A DNA stretch of 24,000 nucleotides from Peptostreptococcus sp. (GTDB lineage Bacteria; Bacillota; Clostridia; Peptostreptococcales; Peptostreptococcaceae): positions 165,079 through 189,078 of the forward strand of contig NZ_JAVWJH010000002.1 in NCBI RefSeq assembly GCF_036639115.1. The letters run 5' to 3'. Made by a program: the position numbers and the translations under genes. Below, in pieces: positions 1 to 9,600 of this stretch. The first letter of the stretch is position 1, and every line of letters begins with the position of its first letter. The notes below the pieces were generated by a model, which saw only the letters and a list, made by a program, of their open reading frames with translations, searched no databases and was not told the origin of the DNA.

Positions 1-112
1 TGACACTATATATTTGAGCCCAAATAATGTATAATTATAAGTTGATTGACAAATAAAATAAGCCTAAAAATAAAAACAAATGAAATAACAATTTAAGACA
101 GGAAGTGATATA

Positions 113-1438
113 TTGAGTAATGAAAATAGACCAATAGTAGCAGTGGTAGGAAGACCAAATGTTGGAAAATCAACAATTTTTAATAAATTAACAGGAAAGA
201 AAATATCTATAGTTGAAGATACTCCTGGAGTAACTAGAGATAGAATTTTCGGAGAAGTTGAATGGCTAAATAAGTATTTTACAATAATAGATACAGGTGG
301 TATAGAGCCAGATTCAGATGATATCATAGTATCCCAAATGAGAGATCAGGCAATGCTTGCAATAGATATGGCACATGTAATACTATTTATCGTTGACGGT
401 AAAGGTGGCCTTACTGCAGCAGATAGAGAAGTTGCTGAAATACTAAGAAAGACAAAAAAACCTGTAATATTGGTAGTAAATAAGATAGATTCTAAGAGTC
501 AGGAAGATTTAATGTATGATTTTTATGAGTTGGGTCTAGGTACTCCAGTTCCAGTATCTGGTGCAAACAGTATCGGATTGGGTGATTTGCTAGATGATGT
601 AGTAGAAAATTTCCCAGATGGATTAGATACAGAGTATGATGAAAGTATTGTTAGAGTGGCTATAACAGGTAAGCCAAATGCTGGAAAAAGCTCGATACTA
701 AACAACATATTGGGTGAAGAAAGAGTTATAGTTTCTCCAATAGCAGGTACCACTAGAGACGCTATTGATACATATGTAGAAAGAGATAACAATAAATTCC
801 TTTTAATAGATACAGCAGGTATAAGAAGACGTAGTAAAGTATATGAGAGAGTAGAAAAATTCTCAGTTTTAAGAGCTATGACAGCTGTTGATAGAGCAGA
901 TGTAGTGCTTATAGTAATAGATGCGACTGAAGGAGTTACAGAGCAGGATACAAAGGTTGCAGGACTAGCACATGACGAGGGTAAGGGATGTATATTTGTA
1001 GTTAATAAATGGGACTTGATTGAAAAAGATAATAAAACTATGATTAACTTTAGAAATAAAATTAAAATGAAATTCCCATTCATGAATTATGCACCAATAC
1101 TATTTGTATCTGCAGTAACAAACCAAAGAATTAATAAGATATTACAAACAGTTATGGATGTTTCTTATGAACAAAATAGAACTGTAACAACATCAGTTTT
1201 AAATGAAGTATTAGGTGAAGCGGTTATGTTAAACCAACCACCTTCAGATAAGGGTAGAAGACTAAAGATATATTATGGAACACAGACAGGAACTAAACCT
1301 CCTACTTTCACATTGTTTATTAATGACAAAAAGCTTACTCATTTTTCTTATACAAGATACTTAGAAAACAGATTAAGAGAAAATTTTGGATTCGAAGGTA
1401 CATCTATAAAGATAGAGTACAAGCAAAAAAGAAGATAA
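113..1438 (+). CDS. der: Ribosome-associated GTPase Der/EngA
   Basis: 441-aa ORF with two tandem P-loop GTPase domains (GRPNVGKS..DTGG..NKID and GKPNAGKS..DTAG..NKWD) plus a C-terminal KH-like tail, the diagnostic EngA architecture. TTG start at 113 is preceded by AGGAAGTG. Confidence 0.95.
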   Translation: MSNENRPIVAVVGRPNVGKSTIFNKLTGKKISIVEDTPGVTRDRIFGEVEWLNKYFTIIDTGGIEPDSDDIIVSQMRDQAMLAIDMAHVILFIVDGKGGLTAADREVAEILRKTKKPVILVVNKIDSKSQEDLMYDFYELGLGTPVPVSGANSIGLGDLLDDVVENFPDGLDTEYDESIVRVAITGKPNAGKSSILNNILGEERVIVSPIAGTTRDAIDTYVERDNNKFLLIDTAGIRRRSKVYERVEKFSVLRAMTAVDRADVVLIVIDATEGVTEQDTKVAGLAHDEGKGCIFVVNKWDLIEKDNKTMINFRNKIKMKFPFMNYAPILFVSAVTNQRINKILQTVMDVSYEQNRTVTTSVLNEVLGEAVMLNQPPSDKGRRLKIYYGTQTGTKPPTFTLFINDKKLTHFSYTRYLENRLRENFGFEGTSIKIEYKQKRR

Positions 1439-1453
1439 CAGGGGGGAAGTAAT

Positions 1454-2065
1454 GTGCTTTTATTATATGTTTTAATTATAGTATTATCCTACTTAATAGG
1501 AAATATCTCTAGTTCATATATAATTAGCAAGGCAATATTTGGCAAGGATATAAGAATGCAAGGTTCCAAAAATGCTGGTACAACTAATGCTCTTAGAACA
1601 TTTGGTTTTAAGGCAGGTTTTGCCACTTTTCTTGGAGATTATTTCAAGGGAACAATTGCAGTCTTAATTGCTATGTTTATAGCTAGAAAAGCGAATCTAG
1701 ATGTAGATCTTGCCAAATATATTGCAACTTTAGCAGTTGTAGCTGGTCATAATTGGCCAGTCCTACTTAAGTTTAAGGGTGGAAAAGGAGTTGCCACTAC
1801 ATATGGAGCTCTACTAGCTATAGCACCCTTACCTACATTAGCGAGCATGCTATTTTTCATAGTATTGGTCTTGGTAACTAGATATGTTTCAGTAGGTTCA
1901 ATACTGGGAGTATGTCTGTTCCCAATACTTATGTATATGAGAGGCGATTTAGGTGGTGTATGGGTATGCTTATTGCTTTCTATATCAGTTATTTATAAGC
2001 ATAGAGAAAATATCAAAAGATTGCTAAAGGGCAAAGAAAGTAGACTGGATTTAAAGAAAAAATAA
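1454..2065 (+). CDS. plsY: Acyl-phosphate:glycerol-3-phosphate acyltransferase PlsY
   Basis: 203-aa polytopic membrane ORF. Motifs GSKNAGTTNALR and GHNWPVLLKFKGGKGVAT are typical of PlsY. GTG start follows a GGGGGGA Shine-Dalgarno. Conserved der-plsY-gpsA order. Confidence 0.9.
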   Translation: MLLLYVLIIVLSYLIGNISSSYIISKAIFGKDIRMQGSKNAGTTNALRTFGFKAGFATFLGDYFKGTIAVLIAMFIARKANLDVDLAKYIATLAVVAGHNWPVLLKFKGGKGVATTYGALLAIAPLPTLASMLFFIVLVLVTRYVSVGSILGVCLFPILMYMRGDLGGVWVCLLLSISVIYKHRENIKRLLKGKESRLDLKKK

Positions 2066-2116
2066 CCAAACATAATTTGGGCAAAGAAAGTCAGATTTGA
2101 AAGGGGTTATATATAG

Positions 2117-3127
2117 ATGAATAAGGTATGTGTATTAGGAGCTGGTAGCTGGGCTACTGCTTTAGCGAAAGTATTAAATGATAACGGAAATGAAGTAATA
2201 CTTTGGGCAAGAAGACAGGAGCAATGTGATGAAATAAATAACTGTCACACAAATAAGAAATATTTAGATGGAATTGTACTAGATGAAAAGTTGAAAGCCA
2301 CTGCTGATTTAAAGTCAGCTATTGAAGGGGCCAAGGTTATTGTTCTTGCAGTTCCATCACAACAAGTAAGGGGAGTTTGCCAAAAGATAAAGAGTTTTGC
2401 TTCAGATGAGCAGATAATAGTCAATGTAGCAAAGGGAATTGAGAATAAGACAGGAAAAAGAATTTCCCAGATATGCTTGAAAGAACTTCCTAATAATAAA
2501 TATTGTATGCTATCAGGGCCTTCTCATGCTGAAGAAGTCTCTAGAAATATTCCCACAGCAGTAGTTGCCGCTTCAGAATGTATAGAAACATCACAAATTA
2601 TACAAGATTATTTTATGAATAAATACTTTAGAGTATATACAAATCATGATCTAGTAGGTGTGGAACTGGGCGGTGCTACTAAGAATATCATAGCTTTCGG
2701 AGCAGGAATATTGGATGGTCTAAACTATGGTGATAACTCTAAGGCAGCTCTTATGACGAGAGGCTTGACTGAAATTAGTAAGTTTGGAGTAGCAATGGGT
2801 GCAGAGCTGTCTACTTTTTCAGGATTATCAGGAATAGGAGATCTTATAGTAACTTGTACCAGTATGCATTCGAGAAATAGAAGAGCAGGTATACTAGTGG
2901 GCAAGGGTCATTCTATTGAAGAAACGAAAAAAGAAATAGAGATGGTAGTTGAAGGAATAACAGCTACTGTAGCAGTATATGAAATGGCAGAAAAAATGAA
3001 TATTGAAATGCCGATTACTGAATGTATATATAGAGTTATTACCACAGATCTTGATCCAGAAGAGGGTGTTATGGAGCTCATGACAAGATCAAAAAAACAT
3101 GAAAATGAATCTATATTTAAATTATAA
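2117..3127 (+). CDS. gpsA: NAD(P)H-dependent glycerol-3-phosphate dehydrogenase
   Basis: 336 aa. N-terminal Rossmann motif VLGAGSWATALA, then SGPSHAEEV and LGGATKNIIA, characteristic of GpsA. Follows plsY as in many Firmicutes. Confidence 0.95.
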   Translation: MNKVCVLGAGSWATALAKVLNDNGNEVILWARRQEQCDEINNCHTNKKYLDGIVLDEKLKATADLKSAIEGAKVIVLAVPSQQVRGVCQKIKSFASDEQIIVNVAKGIENKTGKRISQICLKELPNNKYCMLSGPSHAEEVSRNIPTAVVAASECIETSQIIQDYFMNKYFRVYTNHDLVGVELGGATKNIIAFGAGILDGLNYGDNSKAALMTRGLTEISKFGVAMGAELSTFSGLSGIGDLIVTCTSMHSRNRRAGILVGKGHSIEETKKEIEMVVEGITATVAVYEMAEKMNIEMPITECIYRVITTDLDPEEGVMELMTRSKKHENESIFKL

Positions 3128-3168
3128 TGCATAAATTTTAAAATAATACATACAATCTTATAAGTTTT

Positions 3169-3177
3169 TGATATAAT
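3169..3177 (+). promoter_or_regulatory. Candidate extended -10 promoter (TGaTATAAT) for the ylmE-sepF-ylmG-ylmH-divIVA block
   Basis: TGATATAAT at 3169-3177 in the 137-nt AT-rich gap after gpsA. Only a weak -35 (CATACA at 3149-3154). Sequence pattern only. Confidence 0.4.
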
Positions 3178-3264
3178 AATACATATGTGGTATTATGCTT
3201 ATTGAGATTTAATTATTTTCATCATGATTTTAAAAAAAATAATACTATGAAAGTAGGTGTATTA

Positions 3265-3966
3265 ATGATGAGTATTGATAAAAATTTAGATAAGGTAAGA
3301 CATAACATAGAGGATGTAGCCCAAGAATGTGGCAGAGATTTTGAAGAAATATTATTGCTTGGAGTTACCAAAACTGTTGATACAGACATGGTAGAAGAGG
3401 CAATTAAGTATGGAATCACCGATGTTGGAGAAAATAAGCCCCAAGAACTAAGTAGAAAATATGAAGTTATTGGAGATAGAGTAAAGTGGCATCAAATAGG
3501 TTCCCTACAGACCAATAAAGTAAAATACATCATAGATAAAGTTGAGCTCATACATTCTTTAGATAGGATGAGTCTTGCAAAAGAAATTCAAAAAAGAGCA
3601 GAGCAACATGATGTTACTGTAAAGTGTTTGGTACAAGTGAATATTTCAAAAGAAGAGTCAAAACATGGTATATATAGAGAAGATGTAGAGAACTTCATTA
3701 GAAATTGTTCTGCAGAATATGATAGAATTAAAATTACGGGATTGATGACAATGGCACCATTTGATGCTGAGAAAGAAGAAGTAAGATCAGTATTCAGAGG
3801 TCTAAAGAAATTATCAGAAGATATTTCGAAATTAAAGCTTCCAAATGTCGAAATGAAGGATCTTTCAATGGGAATGAGTCAAGATTTTGATATAGCTATT
3901 GAAGAAGGAGCAACGATTGTCAGAATAGGTACATCCATTTTTGGAAAGAGAAGTTATAACAAATAA
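3265..3966 (+). CDS. yggS: YggS/YlmE-family pyridoxal-phosphate homeostasis protein
   Basis: Motifs LLGVTKT (PLP lysine), WHQIGSLQTNKVK and LSMGMSQDF..AIEEGATIVRIGTSIFG match the YggS/YlmE family. Start placed at ATG 3265 (AGGTG 5 nt upstream; ATG 3268 equally possible). The ORF-track GTG at 3187 adds an implausible hydrophobic/basic leader. Confidence 0.88.
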   Translation: MMSIDKNLDKVRHNIEDVAQECGRDFEEILLLGVTKTVDTDMVEEAIKYGITDVGENKPQELSRKYEVIGDRVKWHQIGSLQTNKVKYIIDKVELIHSLDRMSLAKEIQKRAEQHDVTVKCLVQVNISKEESKHGIYREDVENFIRNCSAEYDRIKITGLMTMAPFDAEKEEVRSVFRGLKKLSEDISKLKLPNVEMKDLSMGMSQDFDIAIEEGATIVRIGTSIFGKRSYNK

Positions 3967-3995
3967 AATATACAGACATTGCTAGGAGGTAAATT

Positions 3996-4517
3996 ATGGC
4001 AGGTTTTAAAGATAAAATGGGAAAATTAAAAGACTGGATGATAACAGACGATGAAAACTCTGATGAAGAATACGATTCATATGAAGATGAATATGAAGAT
4101 AGCTTTGAAGAATATGATGACAACTTTGAAGAGTATGAAGAAGATGCAGATACTACACCTACATCGTCATCATCATCATATGCAGCTGGTATAGCTGCAA
4201 GTAGAGTAGCAGATTATCAGGCTCACAATCAGATGAAGGTTGTAATCGTTGAGCCAAAGGTATATGATGACGCAGCTACAATAGCTGACCATCTAAAACT
4301 TAGAAAAACTGTAATAGTAAATCTTGAAAATATGACACAGCAAAATACTAAAAAGTCTATATTTGACTTTATGAATGGAGCTGTATACGTATTGGATGGT
4401 AGCATACAGAGAGTTTCAAAATCTATATTTATTCTTGCACCGAAAAATGTTGATGTCGATGCTAGTATAAAGAAAGAACTTGAAAGTAAAGCTATTTTTC
4501 CTTGGCAAAGTAGATAA
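3996..4517 (+). CDS. sepF: Cell division protein SepF (YlmF)
   Basis: 173 aa. N-terminal amphipathic MAGFKDKMGKLKDWM resembles the SepF membrane-targeting helix. The C-terminal domain (KVVIVEPKVYDDAATIADHLKLRKTVIVNLENM...VLDGSIQRVSKSIFILAP) is the conserved SepF FtsZ-binding fold. AGGAGG SD. Position between ylmE and ylmG. Confidence 0.92.
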   Translation: MAGFKDKMGKLKDWMITDDENSDEEYDSYEDEYEDSFEEYDDNFEEYEEDADTTPTSSSSSYAAGIAASRVADYQAHNQMKVVIVEPKVYDDAATIADHLKLRKTVIVNLENMTQQNTKKSIFDFMNGAVYVLDGSIQRVSKSIFILAPKNVDVDASIKKELESKAIFPWQSR

Positions 4518-4537
4518 TTTAAAGCGAGGATAAGAAT

Positions 4538-4795
4538 ATGGGAATGGTGAAAGTTGCACTGCAGTATCTGATAAATATTATAGTTTGGGTGATTATCGCA
4601 AAAGCTATACTTTCTTGGTTTCCTGGAGCACAGAGTAGTAAGTTATACACTATGTTGGACCAATTTACAGAACCTGTAGAGGCTCCTATAAGAAAGATTT
4701 TTGGAAAATATATGTCGGGACCACTCGATTTTACCCCTATGATAGCGATTATAGTTCTTATGATAATAGGAAACCTTATATCGAAATTTTTATAG
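4538..4795 (+). CDS. YggT/YlmG-family small membrane protein
   Basis: 85 aa with two TM segments. Sequence (AKAILSWFPG...FTEPVEAPIRKI) and position after sepF fit YggT/YlmG. GAGGA SD 7 nt upstream. Confidence 0.85.
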   Translation: MGMVKVALQYLINIIVWVIIAKAILSWFPGAQSSKLYTMLDQFTEPVEAPIRKIFGKYMSGPLDFTPMIAIIVLMIIGNLISKFL

Positions 4796-4802
4796 GTGAA
4801 TT

Positions 4803-5588
4803 ATGGATAAATTAAAGCTTACAAATCACATTAAAGATGATGATTTAAGAATTAAGATGTATAGAATTGTTGATATCTGTAATTTAGTGCTTAAAAACTA
4901 TGAGTATCGACAGACAGAGTTTTTAAATCCATTTGAAATTAAAAACGCGGTCGCAATAGTTAACTCTCAACAAGATCTAGCTTGTAGGGTTGATGGTGGA
5001 TATGATGGTGCAGAAAGATCTGTATTATCAATTTTTCCATATTACCAAGAAGTGGAAGATTCTGATGTTGAGATTAGTTTTTTACAGATTGATGGAAATT
5101 TTAAATTTTCATCTGTTTCACATCGAGATTATCTAGGTTCTATATTGGGTCTAGGTATAAAAAGAGAAAAAATTGGAGATATACTAGTGCATGAAGATTA
5201 CTGTCAGGTAATAGTAGAAAGTGAAATATCAGATTATATAGTATATAATTTAGATAAAGTTGCAAATAATAGAGTAAATCTAAAAAAAATAGACAGAAGT
5301 GATATAATAAGATCAAGTCAAGCTTTTGATGAGAGATCACTAACTGTATCTTCTCTTAGATTAGACAATATTATATCTGCAGTTTTTAAGCTGTCTAGGC
5401 AAGAGGCGACAAAGCTAATAGATGTAGGATTTGTTTCAGTAAATTATGAGAAAATCAACAAACATTCAAGTTTAGTCGATGGAGAGTCGGTAATCTCAGT
5501 CAGAAAAAAAGGAAAGTTTATTTTGAGTGAAGTAGGAGATACTACAAGAAAAGGCAAAATCAAAATAAAAACAAAAATATTCGTATAG
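4803..5588 (+). CDS. ylmH: YlmH-like RNA-binding (S4-domain) protein
   Basis: 261 aa. HRDYLGSILGLGIKREKIGDI motif and a C-terminal S4-like segment (LRLDNIISAVFKLSRQEATKLI) typical of YlmH. AGGTGA SD. dcw-distal synteny. Confidence 0.85.
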   Translation: MDKLKLTNHIKDDDLRIKMYRIVDICNLVLKNYEYRQTEFLNPFEIKNAVAIVNSQQDLACRVDGGYDGAERSVLSIFPYYQEVEDSDVEISFLQIDGNFKFSSVSHRDYLGSILGLGIKREKIGDILVHEDYCQVIVESEISDYIVYNLDKVANNRVNLKKIDRSDIIRSSQAFDERSLTVSSLRLDNIISAVFKLSRQEATKLIDVGFVSVNYEKINKHSSLVDGESVISVRKKGKFILSEVGDTTRKGKIKIKTKIFV

Positions 5589-5600
5589 GAAGTGAGATAA

Positions 5601-6245
5601 ATGATTACACCAGAAGAAATAAGCAATAAGGAATTTAAAAAGGGATTTAGAGGATATAGTGAAGAAGAAGTAGATGTATTTCTAGATCAGTTAAAAGATG
5701 ACTATGAAGTTATTGTAAAGGAAAATGAAGCCGTAAAAGAAAAGTTACTTATGTATCAAGAACAAGTAAGTAAGTATTCTAGCATAGAAGAAACATTGAA
5801 GGAAACTTTGATTACAGCCCAAAGTGCTGCAGAAGACACGACAAGTGCTGCTAATAAAAAGGCAAGAATAATAGTTCAAGAAGCTGAGCTTCAGTCAAAG
5901 CAAATAATTGACAGTGCAAACAATAAGGTAGTAGAAATAAGAAATGAATATGAATCTCTTATAAAAGAATTTAAGGTATTTAGAAATAAATTTAAATCTT
6001 TACTAGAAGATGAAATGGAAAATGTTGATGATATCTTTAGTGATATAACAAATGAAAATGATGGCTTTAATCAAGTGAATTCACCAACAACTTTTGAAGG
6101 AACAGGTACTATGAGAATGTCAGTTCTAGAAGATGTTCAGGAAGAAGAAGAAAATAACATCGGTATTCAGACAGTTGAAGATATACAAGAAACTAAGCCA
6201 GAAGATGAGTCGGGTTCTCCTGAAGATATATTTAAAATAAAGTAG
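5601..6245 (+). CDS. divIVA: Septum-site determining/polar scaffold protein DivIVA
   Basis: N-terminus MITPEEISNKEFKKGFRGYSEEEVDVFLDQL is the canonical DivIVA lipid-binding domain. It is followed by coiled-coil sequence and an acidic tail. Sits directly upstream of ileS, as in Bacillus. Confidence 0.92.
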   Translation: MITPEEISNKEFKKGFRGYSEEEVDVFLDQLKDDYEVIVKENEAVKEKLLMYQEQVSKYSSIEETLKETLITAQSAAEDTTSAANKKARIIVQEAELQSKQIIDSANNKVVEIRNEYESLIKEFKVFRNKFKSLLEDEMENVDDIFSDITNENDGFNQVNSPTTFEGTGTMRMSVLEDVQEEEENNIGIQTVEDIQETKPEDESGSPEDIFKIK

Positions 6246-6326
6246 TGTTTTAGACCAATTTCAGATTAAATACCTTATAAAAAGTATAGTATTTTCAATA
6301 AATTTGAAAAAGGTTTTTAAAAACTA

Positions 6327-6355
6327 TTGACGATTTGTTTTTTTTGACATATAAT
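6327..6355 (+). promoter_or_regulatory. Sigma-A-type promoter for the ileS leader
   Basis: TTGACG (6327-6332), a 17-nt spacer, then TATAAT (6350-6355). This is a near-consensus hexamer pair with ideal spacing, about 20-30 nt upstream of the first T-box stem. Confidence 0.75.
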
Positions 6356-6361
6356 CAATAA

Positions 6362-6626
6362 AAATAGATTTATAAAAGCTATGACGAAGAGAGTAGTGTA
6401 TATATACTTTTTAGCGAGTCGGGTTTGGTGTGAGCCGATAAAGGATTATATATGTGAAGATCACTTCTGAGCAGAAGGCTGAAAGTCAATCTGACAATTA
6501 AGCTAACCGGGTGGTTTCGATATAGACCTTTGAGAGTTCAGGTACAAGCTTTATCTGTATTTGAGAATTAGGGTGGTAACGCGATTTTAGCTCGTCCCTT
6601 GCATTGCAAGGTGACGGGTTTTTTTA
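6362..6626 (+). promoter_or_regulatory. T-box riboswitch leader, isoleucine-specific (specifier ATC)
   Basis: Ordered T-box elements: GA/K-turn-like ATGACGAAGAGAGTAG (6381-6396), AG bulge AGCGAG (6413-6418), distal loop GGTGTGA (6427-6433), specifier context GAAG-ATC-A with ATC at 6460-6462, conserved T-box AATTAGGGTGGTAACGCG (6566-6583), then a terminator hairpin. ATC matches the downstream ileS. Confidence 0.9.
6591..6625 (+). terminator. Intrinsic terminator of the T-box leader (attenuator)
   Basis: CTCGTCCCTTGC-ATT-GCAAGGTGACGGG hairpin with one bulged residue, followed by T7 (6619-6625). Its 5' arm is adjacent to the T-box sequence, so an alternative antiterminator is possible. Confidence 0.85.
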
Positions 6627-6691
6627 TTTGTAAAAATATATCAAGAAATCATCTTATTTAATATATAAATTTTAGAAAAGGAGATAAAAAT

Positions 6692-9600
6692 ATGGGAAAA
6701 GAATTAGTATTCGATAAGCTTTATGATGGAAGTATATCTCAAGCTGAAGAACAAACTTTAAAAACTTGGAGAGAAGATAATATTCTTGAAAAAGTTCTTG
6801 AAAAAGGAAAAAATGATCCTACTTTCGTATTTTATGAAGGACCACCAACAGCAAATGGTAATCCTGGAATACATCATGTTATATCTAGAACATTAAAGGA
6901 TTGGGTCTGTAGATACAAAACAATGAGTGGCTACAAGGTGCCAAGAAAAGCAGGTTGGGATACACATGGACTACCTGTAGAATTACAGGTTGAAAAGCAG
7001 CTTGGACTATCAGACAAAAAGGCTATAGAGGAATATGGTATAGCAGAATTTTGTGACAAGTGTAGAGAGTCTGTATTTTCATATGAGAAAGAATGGAGAC
7101 AAATGACTGAAAGAATGGCTTACTCAGTAGATTTGGATGATCCATATATAACATTAGACAATGACTACATAGAAACTCTATGGTGGATATTAGATAAATT
7201 TAATGAAGAAAATATGCTATATGAGGGACATAAGATACTTCCATATTGCCCTAGATGTGGTACTGGACTGGCTTCACATGAAGTAGCTCAGGGATATAAA
7301 GAAGTAAAGACAAATACTCTTGTAGCTAAATTTAAAAAGAAAAATACTGAAAATGAGTATTTTTTAGCATGGACAACTACTCCTTGGACACTACCTTCAA
7401 ATGTTGCGTTAACTGTTAATCCTGAAATAGATTATGTTAAGGTTAGAAAGGGAGAGGAAGTATATTATCTAGCTAAGGCTTTGGCTGACAAACACCTAGG
7501 TCAAGGTGAATATGAAGTCTTAGAAACTATGAAGGGTAAAGATCTTGAATATCAAGAGTACGAACAACTAATGCCATTTGTAGATGTTGATAAGAAAGCT
7601 TTCTTTATCACTTGTGGTGATTATGTAACAGTGACTGATGGTACTGGTATAGTTCACTCAGCACCAGCATTTGGTGAAGATGACTATGCAATGGGAAGAA
7701 AATATTCACTTCCATTTGTACAACCAGTAGATGATGAAGGAAAGTTTACAGCTACACCATGGCAAGGAAAATTTGTAATGGAAGAAGGCCTAGATGTAGA
7801 AATAATCAAATGGCTTGCTAAAGAAAATAAGTTATTCTCAAAGGAAAAAATGGTTCATAACTATCCACATTGCTGGAGATGTTCTACTCCATTGGTATAC
7901 TATGCAAAGCCAGGCTGGTATATAGAGATGACAAAACTAAAAGATCAATTAATAGAAAATAATAACGGAGTAAATTGGTACCCAGAGTTTGTAGGTCAGG
8001 GAAGATTTGGAAATTGGCTAGAAGAACTAAAAGACTGGGCGATATCTAGAACAAGATACTGGGGAACTCCATTGCCTGTATGGAAGTGTGAATGTGGAAC
8101 TAAGAGCACAGTTGGATCTAGACAAGAATTGGTTGACAGAGCAATAGAAGATGTAAACCCAGAAACAATAGATCTACATAGACCGTACGTAGATGATATA
8201 CACCTAAAGTGCCCAGATTGTGGGAAGCCAATGACTAGAGTAACAGAGGTAATAGACTGTTGGTTTGACTCTGGATCAATGCCTTTTGCACAATGGCATT
8301 ACCCGTTTGAAAATAAGGAAAACTTTGATCAGTTATTCCCAGCTGACTATATATGTGAAGGTATAGATCAAACTAGAGGATGGTTCTACTCATTGCTAGC
8401 TATATCAACATTTGTAACAGGAAAAGCACCTTACAAAAATGTATTGGTAACTGATCTTGTGCTAGATAAAAATGGAAAGAAGATGTCAAAATCTAAGGGT
8501 AATACAATAAATCCATTTGAAATGTTTGATAAATATGGAGCAGATGCCTTAAGATGGTACTTACTATACGTATCACCACCTTGGACACCAATAAAGTTTG
8601 ATGAAGAAGGATTGAAAGAGATAATCTCTAAGTTTATAGGAACTTTAAAGAATACTTATAACTTCTTTACTTTATATGCCAACACAGATAATTTAAATCC
8701 AAAAGATTTCTTTGTGGATTACAAGGAAAGACCAGAACTAGATAGATGGATTCTTTCTAAGTTTAATAACTTGAAGAAGGAAATAGAAGAAAATCTTGAA
8801 ATATTTGAAGTAAACAAGTCAATAAGAAGATTGACTGAATTTTTAAATGATGACTTATCTAACTGGTATATAAGAAGAAGCAGAAGAAGATTCTGGGGAA
8901 CTGAATTAACAGAAGATAAGATGGCGGTATATAATACTACTTATGAAATATTAACTGAGTATTGTAAGATGATAGCTCCGTTTGCTCCTTACCTGTCAGA
9001 GGAAATGTACAGAAAGTTAACTGGAGAATATTCAGTTCACTGTGCAGATTACCCAAGATATGATGAGAGATTAATAGATGAACGTCTAGAAGAAAAAATG
9101 GACCTTACAAAGAACCTTGTAACTCTTGGTAGAGCTGCTAGAGAAAGCTCAAAAATAAAAGTAAGACAGCCTATATCAGAGGTACTTATAGATGGTAAAT
9201 ATGAGAGTATAATATCTGATCTTGTCGGCCTTATAAAAGAAGAGCTAAATGTAAAGGAAGTAAAATTTGTTAAAGATTTAAGTGAATTTATGAACTTTAC
9301 ATTGAAGCCAAACTTCAAGGTATTAGGACCAGTTTTAGGCAAAAATGTCAATAAATTTGGTAAGTTACTTTCAACACTGGATTCCCATGAAGTGGTAGCA
9401 AAGACTGAGTCTGGCGAAAAGGTAAAGGTTGATCTAGATGGTGAAGAATTTGAATTTGGTAAAGAAGAAATATTAGTAAATATAGAATCTAAGCCAGGAT
9501 TTAATGTTGCAATGGAAAATAATCTATTTGTAATATTAGAAACAGTTCTTACTGATGAGCTAATCAATGAGGGACTTGCTAGAGAATTTATATCTAAGGT

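Noticed and set aside
46-51. Consensus TTGACA upstream of der as a possible -35 element.
   Set aside because: Only a weak -10 (AATAAA at 69-74) at proper spacing, and the true upstream context is cut off by the window edge. Not reported as a feature.
523-1083. 186-aa minus-strand ORF inside der; the same applies to 64-327.
   Set aside because: Antisense to a strongly supported GTPase gene. The translation is Ser/Thr/Ile/Leu-rich low complexity with no motifs, a typical shadow ORF in AT-rich DNA.
3187-3264. N-terminal extensions offered by the ORF track: GTG 3187 for ylmE, GTG 12857 for dxs, TTG 15662 for recN, ATG 20950 for the DUF3866-like gene, TTG 22141 for punA.
   Set aside because: In each case a downstream ATG has a better-spaced Shine-Dalgarno and yields the family-typical N-terminus. 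The extensions overlap upstream genes or add atypical residues.
4047-4178. GAA/GAT/TAT-rich periodic DNA that looks like a tandem repeat or microsatellite.
   Set aside because: It is in-frame coding sequence for the acidic SepF linker. The repeat units are imperfect and explained at the protein level.
9049-9567. 172-aa minus-strand ORF inside ileS.
   Set aside because: Fully antisense to the conserved ileS C-terminal region. Low-complexity S/F/N/T composition, no SD and no motifs.
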